A DNA stretch of 63,120 bases, the filler included, from Octopus bimaculoides (lineage: Eukaryota): assembly GCF_001194135.2 (NCBI RefSeq). It is 8 parts of 8 records of this genome, joined end to end, with 100 filler letters (N's around TTAATTAATTAA, not from the genome) between each part and the next. Parts side by side here need not be neighbours in the genome. Positions count along the whole stretch, not along the records: positions 37,732 to 47,273 come from NC_068986.1; positions 47,374 to 53,003 come from NC_069004.1; 6 more parts are not named here. One strand, written 5' to 3'. Positions within the stretch are counted from its first letter, which is position 1. Every line of letters starts with the position of its first letter. A model generated the notes under the pieces. That model worked only from the letters and a program-made list of their open reading frames with translations. It made no database searches and had not been told where the DNA came from. Positions 38,590 to 50,639 of this stretch are shown here, piece after piece. A program made the position numbers and the translations under genes.

Positions 38590-38819
38590 ACACGCATACA
38601 AACACACACATGCACACACACACACACACAAAGGTAAATACATGCATATATACATACATGCATACGGACGTAATTCTTTGAGGATTTTCATTGTACGGCT
38701 TCGATCAGCTGATAGGATATATGAACACATAAGCTACGTCAGTCTCATAAGAAAATGGCTTTTTAGAAATATATCTTTCTTCTTGAAACCATGGGAAAAA
38801 TTATCCAGCTTGTCCTGTT

Positions 38820-39253
38820 ACATTGGTTTCAATTTTTAGCACAAGGTCAGAAACTTCGGGGACGAGAGTATGTCGATCATATCGAGCTCTGTGTTCGACT
38901 GCTACTTATTTTACCGATCCCGAAATTATAAAAGGCAGAGTAAACCTCGGCGGGATTTGATCTCAGAACGTAAAGAGGGGCGAAATGTGTCTATGCATTT
39001 TGCTCGGTACGCTCATGACACTTATTTCTTTATTGCCTACAAGGGCTAAACATAAAGGAGACAAACAAGGACGGACAAAGGGATTAAATCGATTACATCG
39101 ACCCCAGTGCGTAACTGGTACTTAATTTATCAACCCCAAAAGGATGAAAGGCAAAGTCGACTTCGGCGGAATTTGAACTCAGAACGTAACGGCAGACGAA
39201 ATACCGCTAAACATTTCGCCCGGCGTGCTAACGTTTCTGTCAGCACGCCGCCC
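38820..39253 (-). mobile_element. Two tandem SINE family A copies
   Basis: Units at about 38820-39018 and 39025-39253. The second has a variant 3' tail. Confidence 0.8.
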
Positions 39254-40107
39254 CTTCTTGTACCTTTATATTAATGCGTGTTCTATCCATTAAAATTTGG
39301 CTGTCGATTTTGTCAGGTAGAGCCAGCGTGTTTAAGGTTAGGTGTGAATTCTTCTTGACGTAATCATGGGCTGCAGAACAATGATGTGCTGCAAATACGG
39401 TTTTAGGTATCCTGTAGCTTTTAGAAATATATAAGCCTTTAGATAATCGATATCTTGTAATATATACTTGCTTTTTTGTGTAAATTTAATGTGAATGAAG
39501 TGACCTGACTGATATTAGTAGTGAAAATACTAACGAAATGGCAGGTAATTTGATTGGACTTGCCTGCGCTTGTTTGACTTCGCTTGGCTTGGCTTTGTCT
39601 GACCTATCTTGCCCATATTTAATCTTGACTGGCGTTAGCAGGCCTTGCTTCATCTTTCTTAGTCTTACCCAGCTATGCCTAGTCTTGCCTACCATACTAA
39701 ATTCCACAAATATGGCAGTGAAAATTTTCCCACGATAGACCAATTTTTTCTAGGAAATTATATCGAATTCTCAAGCTGAGAATCGTGAGATTACAGAAAA
39801 CCTTGCAGACTTTGCACCAGTTCTATGCAATCTGAGTTCAAATCCCAATGAGGTTAATTTTGATTCGTTACGTCTACGACGTTGAGCGACCACGCTGAAC
39901 CTATCTGTTTAGTTCTTTTCTTTGAATCTATACGCTTGATTACCTTTTGAGGTCCAAGTCTTCACAAAATCATGCATGAAATATTTAAAACATATATCTA
40001 AAACAGGGACTTTGAAACTTGTTTGTTTTACTGCACATAAGATAAGGCGCTATAAGTGATACGGTTCGCTGTTAACGTTTTAAAGTGTGATTCTTTCCTT
40101 GAAAGGA

Positions 40108-40545
40108 AAGCGGTGAGCTTGCAGAAACGTTAACACGCCGGGCGAAATGCTTAGCGGTATTTCGTCTGTCTTTACGTTCTGAGTTCAAATTCCGCCGAGG
40201 TCGACTTTGCCTTTCATCCTTTCGGGGTCGATAAGTTAAGTACCAGTTGCGTACTGGGATCTATCCAATCGATTGGCCCACTCCCCACAAAATTTCGGGC
40301 CTTGTACCTAGAGTAGAAAACAATATTGCAAGGCGGCGGGATGGCAGAAACGTTAGCACGCCGGGCGAAATGCTTAGCGGTGTTTCGTCTGTTTTTACGT
40401 TCTGAGTACAACTTACGCCGAGGTCAACTTATCCTTTCATCCTTTCGGGGTCGATAAATTAAGTACCAGTGAAACACTGGGGGTCTATGTAATCGATAAG
40501 ACCCCTTCCCACCAAATGTCAGGCTTTGTGCCTATAGTGGAAAGG
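40108..40545 (+). mobile_element. Two tandem SINE family A copies
   Basis: Units 40108-40320 and 40331-40545, separated by 10 bp. Confidence 0.88.
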
Positions 40546-41976
40546 CTTATTTTTCTGAAAGGAACAACGCATTGCAAATTGTTACGTCTAAGCGTTGATG
40601 CTATATATTAAAAATATTCATGTTCTTTTAAAGATCCTGGCATTTCTGAAACGTCGCGAAAATTTACTACAGACTGTGGGCTATACGTGAGATATCTAAG
40701 GACCATTGGTGACACTTCTACGAACTATAAGTGGCACATCTACGGACCAAACGTGTACACAAGTGTTGCACGGTACAGTTCTTGGAAGTGACGATCTACC
40801 AAGTAAAACATGGACATTTATAAGTGGCGCAAAAACACCAGTTTTGTTGCTTCGGTTTGTAGCGATCTCATGTAAGGAGCATTTAGGTTTCACCGATATC
40901 ACGTGTGTTATTTCAACTAATCAAAATCTTTATACAAATCAGTGACAATATATTTTTTTAAAGTCATTTTCGTGATTTCACTGCATTTGTTAGACACCAG
41001 AAAAGTCTCACCCTCACCTCTCTCCCCATTTGATTTTCGTTTTAGAAGCAATCATTCTTTTTCAATTCTAACTCTACTTGCTAGGCTTTTGCTTTGGTCT
41101 AGTCTCGACAAAATGATTTATATCAGTTTAAATAAATTACGTTTATCTGACTTTTCTTTCAATGTTGGCCATTTATCTGCTTGCACATATAGACATCTGC
41201 CACACATATTATTCCAGTGATACGAAAACATGAACATATCTATGTACATTTTCACGACATTTATATAATATACAATGTCTTAATGACTTATCGATGTACA
41301 TTTTCATATACACATTCAAGGAAACCTCGCATGTCTCAAATCTGTTTTTCTATTTTAATCTGCATTCAGAAACTACACACAATTTAATTTTTATTCTGTT
41401 ATTTTGCCACCACGATCCATCAAGATCTGCATTTTAGTTGATATGACATGAAAAGGAAACTTATATACAGCCAATCTTTGTTCGTATATCTACGAACAAA
41501 TCTTTTAGTTTCCTAAATGTACATTTTACTGAATCAAGCCTATTATGTGAATGATAACGTATTTGGTGGACTCTTGAAAGCAGGAAAGATATTACTGACT
41601 GTGATTTCATATGAAGACAGAGAGTAAATGGACAAAAGATGTATCTAAGACACGTAGCTAACACTCGGGTGTTCTTTCCGCTCGCAGGCCAAAGTTAAAA
41701 TATAAAAGAAGTATTGACATATTCGTAAAAAATCTCATTGTTGCTAGCATTTAAACATTAACTTACCCCTTTTAGTGGTCACAAAATCATTGCAAGGGGC
41801 CATGGGAGATGTTGTCTTTTTTTTCATTTTCAAGACTAAAGACTAATGACTGCATGTTAAATATTTGACAATAATGTTTATGTCTCATTGGGTTTGATAT
41901 CCGAGTGTTATTTATCATAAATAGTCTCCAGCAATATATGTGTGTGTATATTTGTATACATGTATGTATATATACT

Positions 41977-42135
41977 TTATTTAAAAGCAGCAGGAAATAT
42001 AACAAAAGTTGATACTCAGAGTTTCACGTTCCCGTTCGTCGGGAACGTGAAACTCTGAGTAACAGCTTTTGTTATACTTCTGCTGCTTTTAAATAATGCA
42101 TACTACTCTACTTCTTGTATTTGAGTACTCTTTTT
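41977..42135. mobile_element. Fold-back (inverted) pair of Penelope-like terminal repeats
   Basis: About 58-bp arms around a 5-nt loop (21-bp perfect core 42014-42034/42040-42060). Each arm carries part of a hammerhead-like motif. Confidence 0.55.
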
Positions 42136-42477
42136 GAATCTTTGGGGTTTGACGGGCAACATTTTTTTTTGTAGTGTTTTTGGTACCGAAACACTTTCAA
42201 ACTTCGAATATTTGTATATTTTGTGGTATAGAACAGATAAAAAATTTTGTATTCGAAGTTATTTTATGTAAAAAAATTATCATATTTCGGTAATTTCAAC
42301 CAATCACTGACGTCTATTGAGGTGAAAACAATTAATGCCGTAACGGTGTCATCGGATCTTTTCCCTTGAATAAAATTAGTCCCGTTGTTTGTCAACAACT
42401 ACCCGTGTTACTCTTATTTATGACATCGTTCGTGCGTTTGTACTGGTTTTAGCTTTAGGGTTTTAGGGTTTTAGGGT
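42136..42477. mobile_element. Interspersed repeat ending in telomere-like (TTTTAGGG)n, truncated by gap
   Basis: tttaggg ttttaggg ttttaggg t at 42454-42477 runs into a 522-N gap. Confidence 0.5.
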
Positions 42478-42998
42478 NNNNNNNNNNNNNNNNNNNNNNN
42501 NNNNNNNNNNNNNNNNNNNNNNNNNNNNNNNNNNNNNNNNNNNNNNNNNNNNNNNNNNNNNNNNNNNNNNNNNNNNNNNNNNNNNNNNNNNNNNNNNNNN
42601 NNNNNNNNNNNNNNNNNNNNNNNNNNNNNNNNNNNNNNNNNNNNNNNNNNNNNNNNNNNNNNNNNNNNNNNNNNNNNNNNNNNNNNNNNNNNNNNNNNNN
42701 NNNNNNNNNNNNNNNNNNNNNNNNNNNNNNNNNNNNNNNNNNNNNNNNNNNNNNNNNNNNNNNNNNNNNNNNNNNNNNNNNNNNNNNNNNNNNNNNNNNN
42801 NNNNNNNNNNNNNNNNNNNNNNNNNNNNNNNNNNNNNNNNNNNNNNNNNNNNNNNNNNNNNNNNNNNNNNNNNNNNNNNNNNNNNNNNNNNNNNNNNNNN
42901 NNNNNNNNNNNNNNNNNNNNNNNNNNNNNNNNNNNNNNNNNNNNNNNNNNNNNNNNNNNNNNNNNNNNNNNNNNNNNNNNNNNNNNNNNNNNNNNNNN

Positions 42999-43040
<42 letters not shown>

Positions 43041-44407
43041 AGAATACAGCTCACTACGTCCATCAAAAGGTCAATGTCAGGGCACCCAACCAATTAACAC
43101 TACTACTATCATAGCAGTCCTTCTTCGAACCCACAAGAGTTAACAAGTGAGACAGAGACAGGCTGGAGCAAGAAAAATGCCGCTGTTACTTGAATACTAT
43201 ACTAGAAAGAAATTCACTATAAATGAACCACGTACGCTTACAACGTATCTATAACACTCTTCCTCATTCGTCAATAAGAATTAACTCCTCAGCATATGTT
43301 TATTTAATTATTTTTTTGGCAATTGAGAAATTAGCAGGCAATCACTTTTCAGTGAACTTGAAACTAATTAGTATGAGTGGAGAGCTAGTTTACTCATTAA
43401 TGAGTTTCACGTATTGAGAATAACACGAACAATGCGCAAGATTGTGTAGAATATTATGTATAGAAATTAAAACATTTTAATAACCTAATAGACTTTGACA
43501 TCTGTAAACGAGGTAGAATGGTTGAAAACAATTAAACATTTAAACTTAAAAGTTCAATAGCCAGGAATTCATTACTTGTATTAAATTCCATCGTGTTAGC
43601 GGGAACACGTTTTGAATTCCTGATACCCGAGTTGAATGGACAGCATTAAATGTGTTGAATGGACAGCATTGACGTGTAGATAGAGGGCTGCCTGACATAC
43701 ATATGCGACCTCTCCGTTGAGATTATGTCTCATATCTAGTTTAACACTAGAGAAACAGATCAAAAATAAATACTTGTCTTGTGACAAATTCTTTCATTCA
43801 TGTCCTTGTAACTGTTATTTGTCCCAAGGCTGATTAGTCCTTATGGAGCACGTGTATAGCCAAACCATATCATATGTTATAGAGAGAGAGAGACACAATG
43901 TATTTAAGACGATCAGATATGGCTGGACATGAATTTAGCTGCTATTTCTAGAGGATCAAGCTACCATGTAAAATTTTCTTTCGTAGAATCATCAATCATT
44001 AAATGATTAAAAGGTATGACTGAGCTAATCTTTTCCAAACACTAAGCTCCTTTAGTCAGGTGCTAAAATTCGGTGTCCGTGTCGTTAAGCGGATAAAAAA
44101 GTTAAATCCATCTTTCAATTGGAAACAGCTCTGTTGATGATGACAGTTTCACTGGCCAAGCGAACAACACACCGTAGAATCAATCGTAAGATCATGGTTT
44201 CACATTCATAGTATGTCAATGTATTCTTTTCTTGTACATGATACTTTCTCATGCTCTTCTAAAGAACTGAGTTCACTTCAATTGTTTGTAAACTTTTGTG
44301 AAGAAAGTAAAAGAAAAAAAGAAAAAAGTTATCCAAAAAATGAATTAGTTCGTAGGTGTAATTATTTGTGGAACAGAAATGAAACTTAATAATTTAATAC
44401 TTTACGA

Positions 44408-44622
44408 AGGCGGCGAGCTGGCAGAATCGTTAGCATGTCTGGCGAAATGCTCGGCGGTATTTCGTATGCCGCTACATTATGAGTTCAAATTCCGCCGAGG
44501 TCGACTTTATTTCTTACCCTTTCGGGGTCGATGAATTAAGTACTAGTGAAAAACTGATGTCGATGTCATCCACTAGGCCTATCCCCACAAATTTTGTGTC
44601 TTGTGTATTTGGTAGAAAGGAT
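44408..44622 (+). mobile_element. SINE family A
   Basis: aggcggcgagctggcagaatcgttagc..gagttcaaattccgccgaggtcgacttt..ggtagaaagg. Confidence 0.85.
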
Positions 44623-46133
44623 AATCTAATACTTTATGCAGGCTGCCACGTTTGACGTTGTAGCGTTCAGATAACTCTCTCAAATGTAATATTTATTTAT
44701 TCATATTGTTAGGAATTGTTGTTGTTGNNNNNNNNNNNNNNNNNNNNNNNNNNNNNNNNNNNNNNNNNNNNNNNNNNNNNNNNNNNNNNNNNNNNNNNNN
44801 NNNNNNNNNNNNNNNNNNNNNNNNNNNNNNNNNNNNNNNNNNNNNNNNNNNNNNNNNNNNNNNNNNNNNNNNNNNNNNNNNNNNNNNNNNNNNNNNNNNN
44901 NNNNNNNNNNNNNNNNNNNNNNNNNNNNNNNNNNNNNNNNNNNNNNNNNNNNNNNNNNNNNNNNNNNNNNNNNNNNNNNNNNNNNNNNNNNNNNNNNNNN
45001 NNNNNNNNNNNNNNNNNNNNNNNNNNNNNNNNNNNNNNNNNNNNNNNNNNNNNNNNNNNNNNNNNNNNNNNNNNNNNNNNNNNNNNNNNNNNNNNNNNNN
45101 NNNNNNNNNNNNNNNNNNNNNNNNNNNNNNNNNNNNNNNNNNNNNNNNNNNNNNNNNNNNNNNNNNNNNNNNNNNNNNNNNNNNNNNNNNNNNNNNNNNN
45201 NNNNNNNNNNNNNNNNNNNNNNNNNNNNNNNNNNNNNNNNNNNNNNNNNNNNNNNNNNNNNNNNNNNNNNNNNNNNNNNNNNNNNNNNNNNNNNNNNNNN
45301 NNNNNNNNNNNNNNNNNNNNNNNNNNNNNNNNNNNNNNNNNNNNNNNNNNNNNNNNNNNNNNNNNNNNNNNNNNNNNNNNNNNNNNNNNNNNNNNNNNNN
45401 NNNNNNNNNNNNNNNNNNNNNNNNNNNNNNNNNNNNNNNNNNNNNNNNNNNNNNNNNNNNNNNNNNNNNNNNNNNNNNNNNNNNNNNNNNNNNNNNNNNN
45501 NNNNNNNNNNNNNNNNNNNNNNGAAATGGTCCTATGAATTCTGGGATTCGAAGCAGTAATAACCAGAGCCAGACGGATGAGGATACTGTATTTGTTCCGG
45601 TTGATGGTGCTCTGAGTCCAAATGTTAACCAGATCAACCTTGCCTTTTGTTTATTTTTTTTTAAACCCCATAAATACCGTACCAGTACTCGGGAGTCAGT
45701 CGATTCCTTATACCACGATGCTCCGGCCCATTCAACTATAAATAAGTAAACCTTAGACAGACCGGTGTCTCCATTGAACGCGGGTGTTGTGAATCTCGGT
45801 CACTTGGGCGCCATGGAAACCAAACAATTGGTCTTATGGGTTTTAGGACCAATTTTGCATTTTATCTTTTAAGACCCCATAAATACCGTACGAGTAGTCG
45901 TGGTCAGTCGATTTTTCCTTTTCTCTTTTTTCATGTGTTACTATTAAGTTAGACATGGTCTAGACCAATCTTTCGTCGAAACATATCTAAGTTTATATAT
46001 ATTATATTATATTATACTATATTATATTATATATTACATATATAAAGTAACAAACTAAGGGAAAAAATGCATTCAAAGTGGTGTGTAAAACATTTAATTA
46101 TATAGAGAGACAATTAACGATCCAGTAATTTAT

Positions 46134-46326
46134 TTATATTATAATATTGCCGTGTGCTCGAACTCTGCAAGAAGTTAATAATTTTTTTTGACTAAAACAC
46201 AACTGGAACCCTAAGTAAGGCATGTGTAAAATTTGAATGAAATTGGTTGCGTAGTTCTCGAGTTTTAGGGATTCACACAGACAGACAGACAGACAGACAC
46301 ACATTCTCATTTTTATATATAGAGAT
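46134..46326 (-). mobile_element. Non-autonomous Helitron/DINE-like element 5' part
   Basis: Minus strand starts atctctatatataaaaatgag, followed by a (TGTC)n microsatellite and caaccaatttcattcaaatttt, the architecture of DINE-1/Lep1-type elements. Confidence 0.55.
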
Positions 46327-48373
46327 AACATAATATACTATGAATATAAGATAACGTAAACAAATATTTAAAAACAATTTGTATCGACTTATATACATTT
46401 TTTGATATATAAACAATTCAATTCCCTTATGTAAGCCTCATCAGAGCCAATGGTTTGAAGAAAGACGAAATTCCCTGTGAAAGGACGGCTGGATTGTAAA
46501 AAAGTTAATTCCAATGCCTTTGTATCATGAGCGTGAGCGTTAGCCATTTAGCTACATATCAAATAGAATTAAAAACGACAATTTGATTATAACAGACAAT
46601 ATAATTAAGTAAGTAGAATCTACAAGGATCGAAATATATTTGTATGTATCTTAAATAATATTAAACCAAATACGTTTATGTCGAACACAATCTTTCGCTA
46701 TTATAATAACATACAACAATAATATATATGTTTATATTTAAGTAACAGGGTCTTATTCAATCTAGAAACTGTAATGAAATGTGTAAAAACATAAATTATA
46801 CTTCTATTTTTAATATATAATATCTCTTCTACTTATTTAACGTTAATGATATAAAAAGTTTGTTTAAAGTAACCAATAAAAATTTCTTTTATTTTTTATC
46901 GGAAAGAGAATTCCGTAATAAATATGAATAGAAACCTAACAAAAAATTTCTATGTTTACTGAAATTTATCGTGGCAATTATTGGATTGTCAATTGTATCT
47001 CTCTCTCTATATATATATACATTATACATATGTATGTATGTATGTATGTATGTATCTATCTATCTATCTCTTTCTCACTCTCTCTCTCCATATATATATA
47101 TATATATATATATATAAACAAATAGTAAATGAGTATATGCATATATACGTACAGGTATGTGCATACCGTCATCCACCTGTATGTATAGGTGCATATCTGG
47201 GTACAGGACATTGCAAACAAAACAGAGACGAGAAAACACACAAGCCACATAGAGAACATTCTACTTCATCAGCNNNNNNNNNNNNNNNNNNNNNNNNNNN
47301 NNNNNNNNNNNNNNNNNTTAATTAATTAANNNNNNNNNNNNNNNNNNNNNNNNNNNNNNNNNNNNNNNNNNNNTATATATCAGGTCTCTATTTTGGAATG
47401 TCCATTCGTTTAAGCTCTGTGAAAATGATTATTATTTCTATTTTCGAATGTCTATTCGTTATTATTTCTTTTAAATGCATTTGAATGAGAAGAACTTCCA
47501 TTGTATTTGCAGTCTAGGTCCCCCGTTTTAACATCACCATCTGCCTTCAGCAATTACAATAATTGAGATCAAGATTCCTGTCTGGGTATATATTCATATA
47601 CTGATGCTCTGCTATTCCTACCGTGACAGTTCATGAGACGAGGCTTTCATTCCTGCCCTCTCCCCCGTCAGTCTCAGAGAACCGGCGAAATGTTATTTAT
47701 AAGTACTGACTGCCTTCCTCCGATAAATCGTAAATTAAAGAGATTAGTACTAATCTTGCAGATCTTGGTCCAGAGACGTTCTTCAGACATTGCATATCCA
47801 AGACTATATTATTGATTTTCTTTTAAAAGCTGTTGTGTGTGATATGAGGGCGATATGTCAGTTGTTTCAGATACATGTTTGTGCATAAACTCAGGCAGCC
47901 TGCTTACTGTGATAGTTAACACTGTCAATTAGATATAAAGAACTGTCACACACTAACGATATGTAATAAATAACCACCAAAATTTAGTTCAGGCAAATAC
48001 AGTATAATCTCATGGTTCTCCATACTTCACTAATTTTGAAAGTCATGAAAACTATGAAACCGGTTACGTAACTCGTGTCGAAAGACTTATTTTCCTGCGC
48101 GCAAACGCGCAAACGCACACACCTCACCACCACTCAGTAGCACATGCATACATACGCACACACAAAGAAGGTTGTGAAATGTACGCATATTTCTGCTCAG
48201 TATTCAGATTTAGTGCCTTTTCTGATTTTACTAAACTTTATTTTACTGTGTAAGACTGCAAGGATCCATTCGTTTCGTATATCGCATAGTAAAGTTGTTG
48301 TGTTGTGAGGTATTTTCATAATGTTAAATATATATTTATATATATATATACATGATTTTCTTATCTTTTTCAG

Positions 48374-48439
48374 AAATGCTGGAATACCAGATAAATATCT
48401 TGTACATGTGAACAAGATTGCCCAAAAGACTCTGAAGGT
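48374..48439 (+). CDS. Weak candidate symmetric exon of unknown product
   Basis: Acceptor ttttcttatctttttcag and donor GGT|gtaaga. 66 nt, one open frame (x)NAGIPDKYLVHVNKIAQKTLK. No homology recognised. Confidence 0.28.
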
Positions 48440-48646
48440 GTAAGATTTAAGACAACGGCATCGACGACAAAGAAGTATAAAAAAGAAGGAAAAAAATCCC
48501 CCCCAAAAAGTAAACAAGCAAAATCAATAAACGAAACAACACCAGTGTCCTGTACAAAAAAAATTACATCCTCAATACTACTGAAAGAGCAATAATTTTA
48601 GACATATGCGGCTTAACAATACAATACCACTTTTCGGTTTTTATGT

Positions 48647-48816
48647 AACCTAAACCTAGAAGCTTCAGTTAAAACTGAAACAGCAAGTTTTGAGAGAAAC
48701 TAAATCCAGAAGTGTTAATTAAACTGAAACAGGAAGCTTTAGCTAACCTAAGACCGGAAGTTTTAATTAAACTGAAGCAGGTAACTTTAGTTAAATTTAA
48801 ACCGGAAGGTTTAGAT
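48647..48816 (+). repeat. Degenerate 24-bp minisatellite x7 with alternating (48-bp) higher order
   Basis: Alternating units such as aaactgaaacaggaagctttagct and aacctaagaccggaagttttaatt. Confidence 0.75.
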
Positions 48817-49389
48817 CTTTTCTGTTTGGTTGCCACTTTTCAATTTCTTCAATTTTTCACCCAATGATGTAGTTTTCTTCCAATGATGTAGTTTTCTTCC
48901 AATGATGTAGTTTTGTATGGTAATCATTGACAGGAAATTCATGTTCGCCATAAATCGATGAATAAAGAGTTAATAGCTTTTAAAGCCACAGACATATAGG
49001 TGCTTAGCCAAGTTGTTACCAAGCTGCTTACCCACATGGTCATTTTTCACTTATTAAATGCTTAAAACACACAAGGTATGAGGTGGTCGTGAGATATTCT
49101 AAAAATAATAGCTAAATAGGCCTTAAATCACGCACCCAGTGGTGTGCGTAAAACAGAATTCTGTCATTATTTCATTTGTTTACAATTAGCAACAAGCGTA
49201 GTCACGCACAAAATGTCAGCTCCCAAATCTTGTTTTCTGACTGGGCAAAAATGATTAAACTTTAAACCTCTGTACCTTTTTTTCAAAAAAAGATTTCCGG
49301 AAAAAGTGAATTAACACATCGATACACCAAATTTTAAAATTTTCTCTAAACTTTAAAATTTCCACAGGGGCAACCAGACAGAAAAGATC
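48814..49389. mobile_element. Putative 576-bp TIR element (MITE-like)
   Basis: gatcttttctgtttggttgc (48814-48833) and gcaaccagacagaaaagatc (49370-49389) are inverted repeats (19/20). The right half recurs inverted at 60675-60945. Confidence 0.55.
48861..48914 (+). repeat. 19-bp tandem repeat x3
   Basis: ccaatgatgtagttttctt at 48861, 48880 and 48899 (last copy partial). Confidence 0.9.
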
Positions 49390-49400
49390 CGAAGATTTAG

Positions 49401-49466
49401 TGAAACGATTCTGCCAACTCATTAACGATTCTGCCAGCTCGTTAACGATTCTGCCAGCTCGCCGCC
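49401..49466 (-). repeat. Triplicated 20-bp SINE-A head (A-box)
   Basis: aacgattctgcca(a/g)ctc x3, ending gccgcc, then (TAA)n. Confidence 0.85.
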
Positions 49467-49469
49467 TTA

Positions 49470-49525
<56 letters not shown>

Positions 49526-50639
49526 TGATGGGGATGATGATAATTATTGCTATTATAAATAGTTTTTGTAGTTTTATTTGTATTGCGTGCTTTCACTGCA
49601 CATTCGATTGCCACTCTGTATACCTTGAGTCTTACGTTCTACATTTAAAAGATGAGGAATTATGTACATTATTTACATTTGACGGATATTTGTCCTCATC
49701 CCACCAAAATTAGATACAAAATAATACGATGATTCTAGAAAATAAAATTGAATACATCTCATAGGAGGCAAAGAGGTTTATGTATTTGTTTTTCCAGATT
49801 CCTGATGTGAAATTATCTGCTGAAACAGATATTGTTATATATTGGGATGGTCATTTTTTTTTTTTGCCAAATAAACACACGTGTTATATATTCGTTCTTC
49901 ACTTCAGATTTTTTATTGTTTTTATTTTATTATCCTTTGTTTGAAAATCTTTCATCATACATCCTGTGACCTCTTAAGTGGCTCTTCCTGATCTATTGTG
50001 GGATGGAGAGTCGGTGAAGAGGTCACAGGATGTGTGACGAAATATTTTCAGACAAAGGACAATAAAATAAAAGCAAAAAGAAAAAACAAACAAACAAACA
50101 AACCAAAACAATGACCATCCCAAAATATAACAAAAGAAATAAATAGGCATATTCATAAATAAAAAAATAATGATGAATCCAAAGTCATTTATAGAAAGGC
50201 TATGATCAAGAATCAGAGAAGTGAACGGAAGAATTCAAGGACAAATAACAAATATAAAATTAAAAAGAAAAATAAAGATGAAAGGAAAGAATAAGTAAAC
50301 AAAAGGTAGAAGTAGAGCATAACAAAAATGTTTGTCGAGTAATAGAAAATGAAAAAAAAAAAAAACAAACATTATCAGAGATAAAAAGAGTCGGTAAAGA
50401 GAAATACAAGAAATTATGGTTATAAATGTAACGCCATTTAATTAGAGGATATCCTCCGGAGCAACGCCTTTTCCATTTTGTCTACCGGGACCATGAGGCG
50501 GTTTGAATTACAGAAAAGTGCGAGAATGTAAGAATTTCGAAGCTTACTACACGAGTAATAAATTTATATAAACCCTCTTTATTAAATACAGTGTCGCAAC
50601 TAAGTTAAAAACAAGCCTAGTACGAGCGTTCGTTTGGTC

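Noticed and set aside
39486-39743. ORFs MAGNLIGLACACLTSLGLALSDLSCPY and the antisense ORF
   Set aside because: This is degenerate pentamer (cttg-like) low-complexity DNA, and CPY is not in a CPYDP context.
40696-40945. Overlapping ORFs on both strands; VYTSVAR vaguely like Sema VYSRIAR
   Set aside because: There are no splice sites, the neighbouring frame has stops, and the similarity is at chance level.
41767-41835. Minus-strand donor GGG|gtaagt with frame LKMKKKTTSPMAPCNDFVTTKR
   Set aside because: The acceptor is poor and no homology is recognisable.
45523-45749. ORF NGPMNSGIRSSNNQSQTDEDTVFVPVDG
   Set aside because: It overlaps a decayed SINE-A-like head and B-box (tctgagtccaaat..gatcaaccttgcc).
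46430-46450. Minus-strand CTGATGAGGC
   Set aside because: It is not followed by a closed stem II and GAAA.
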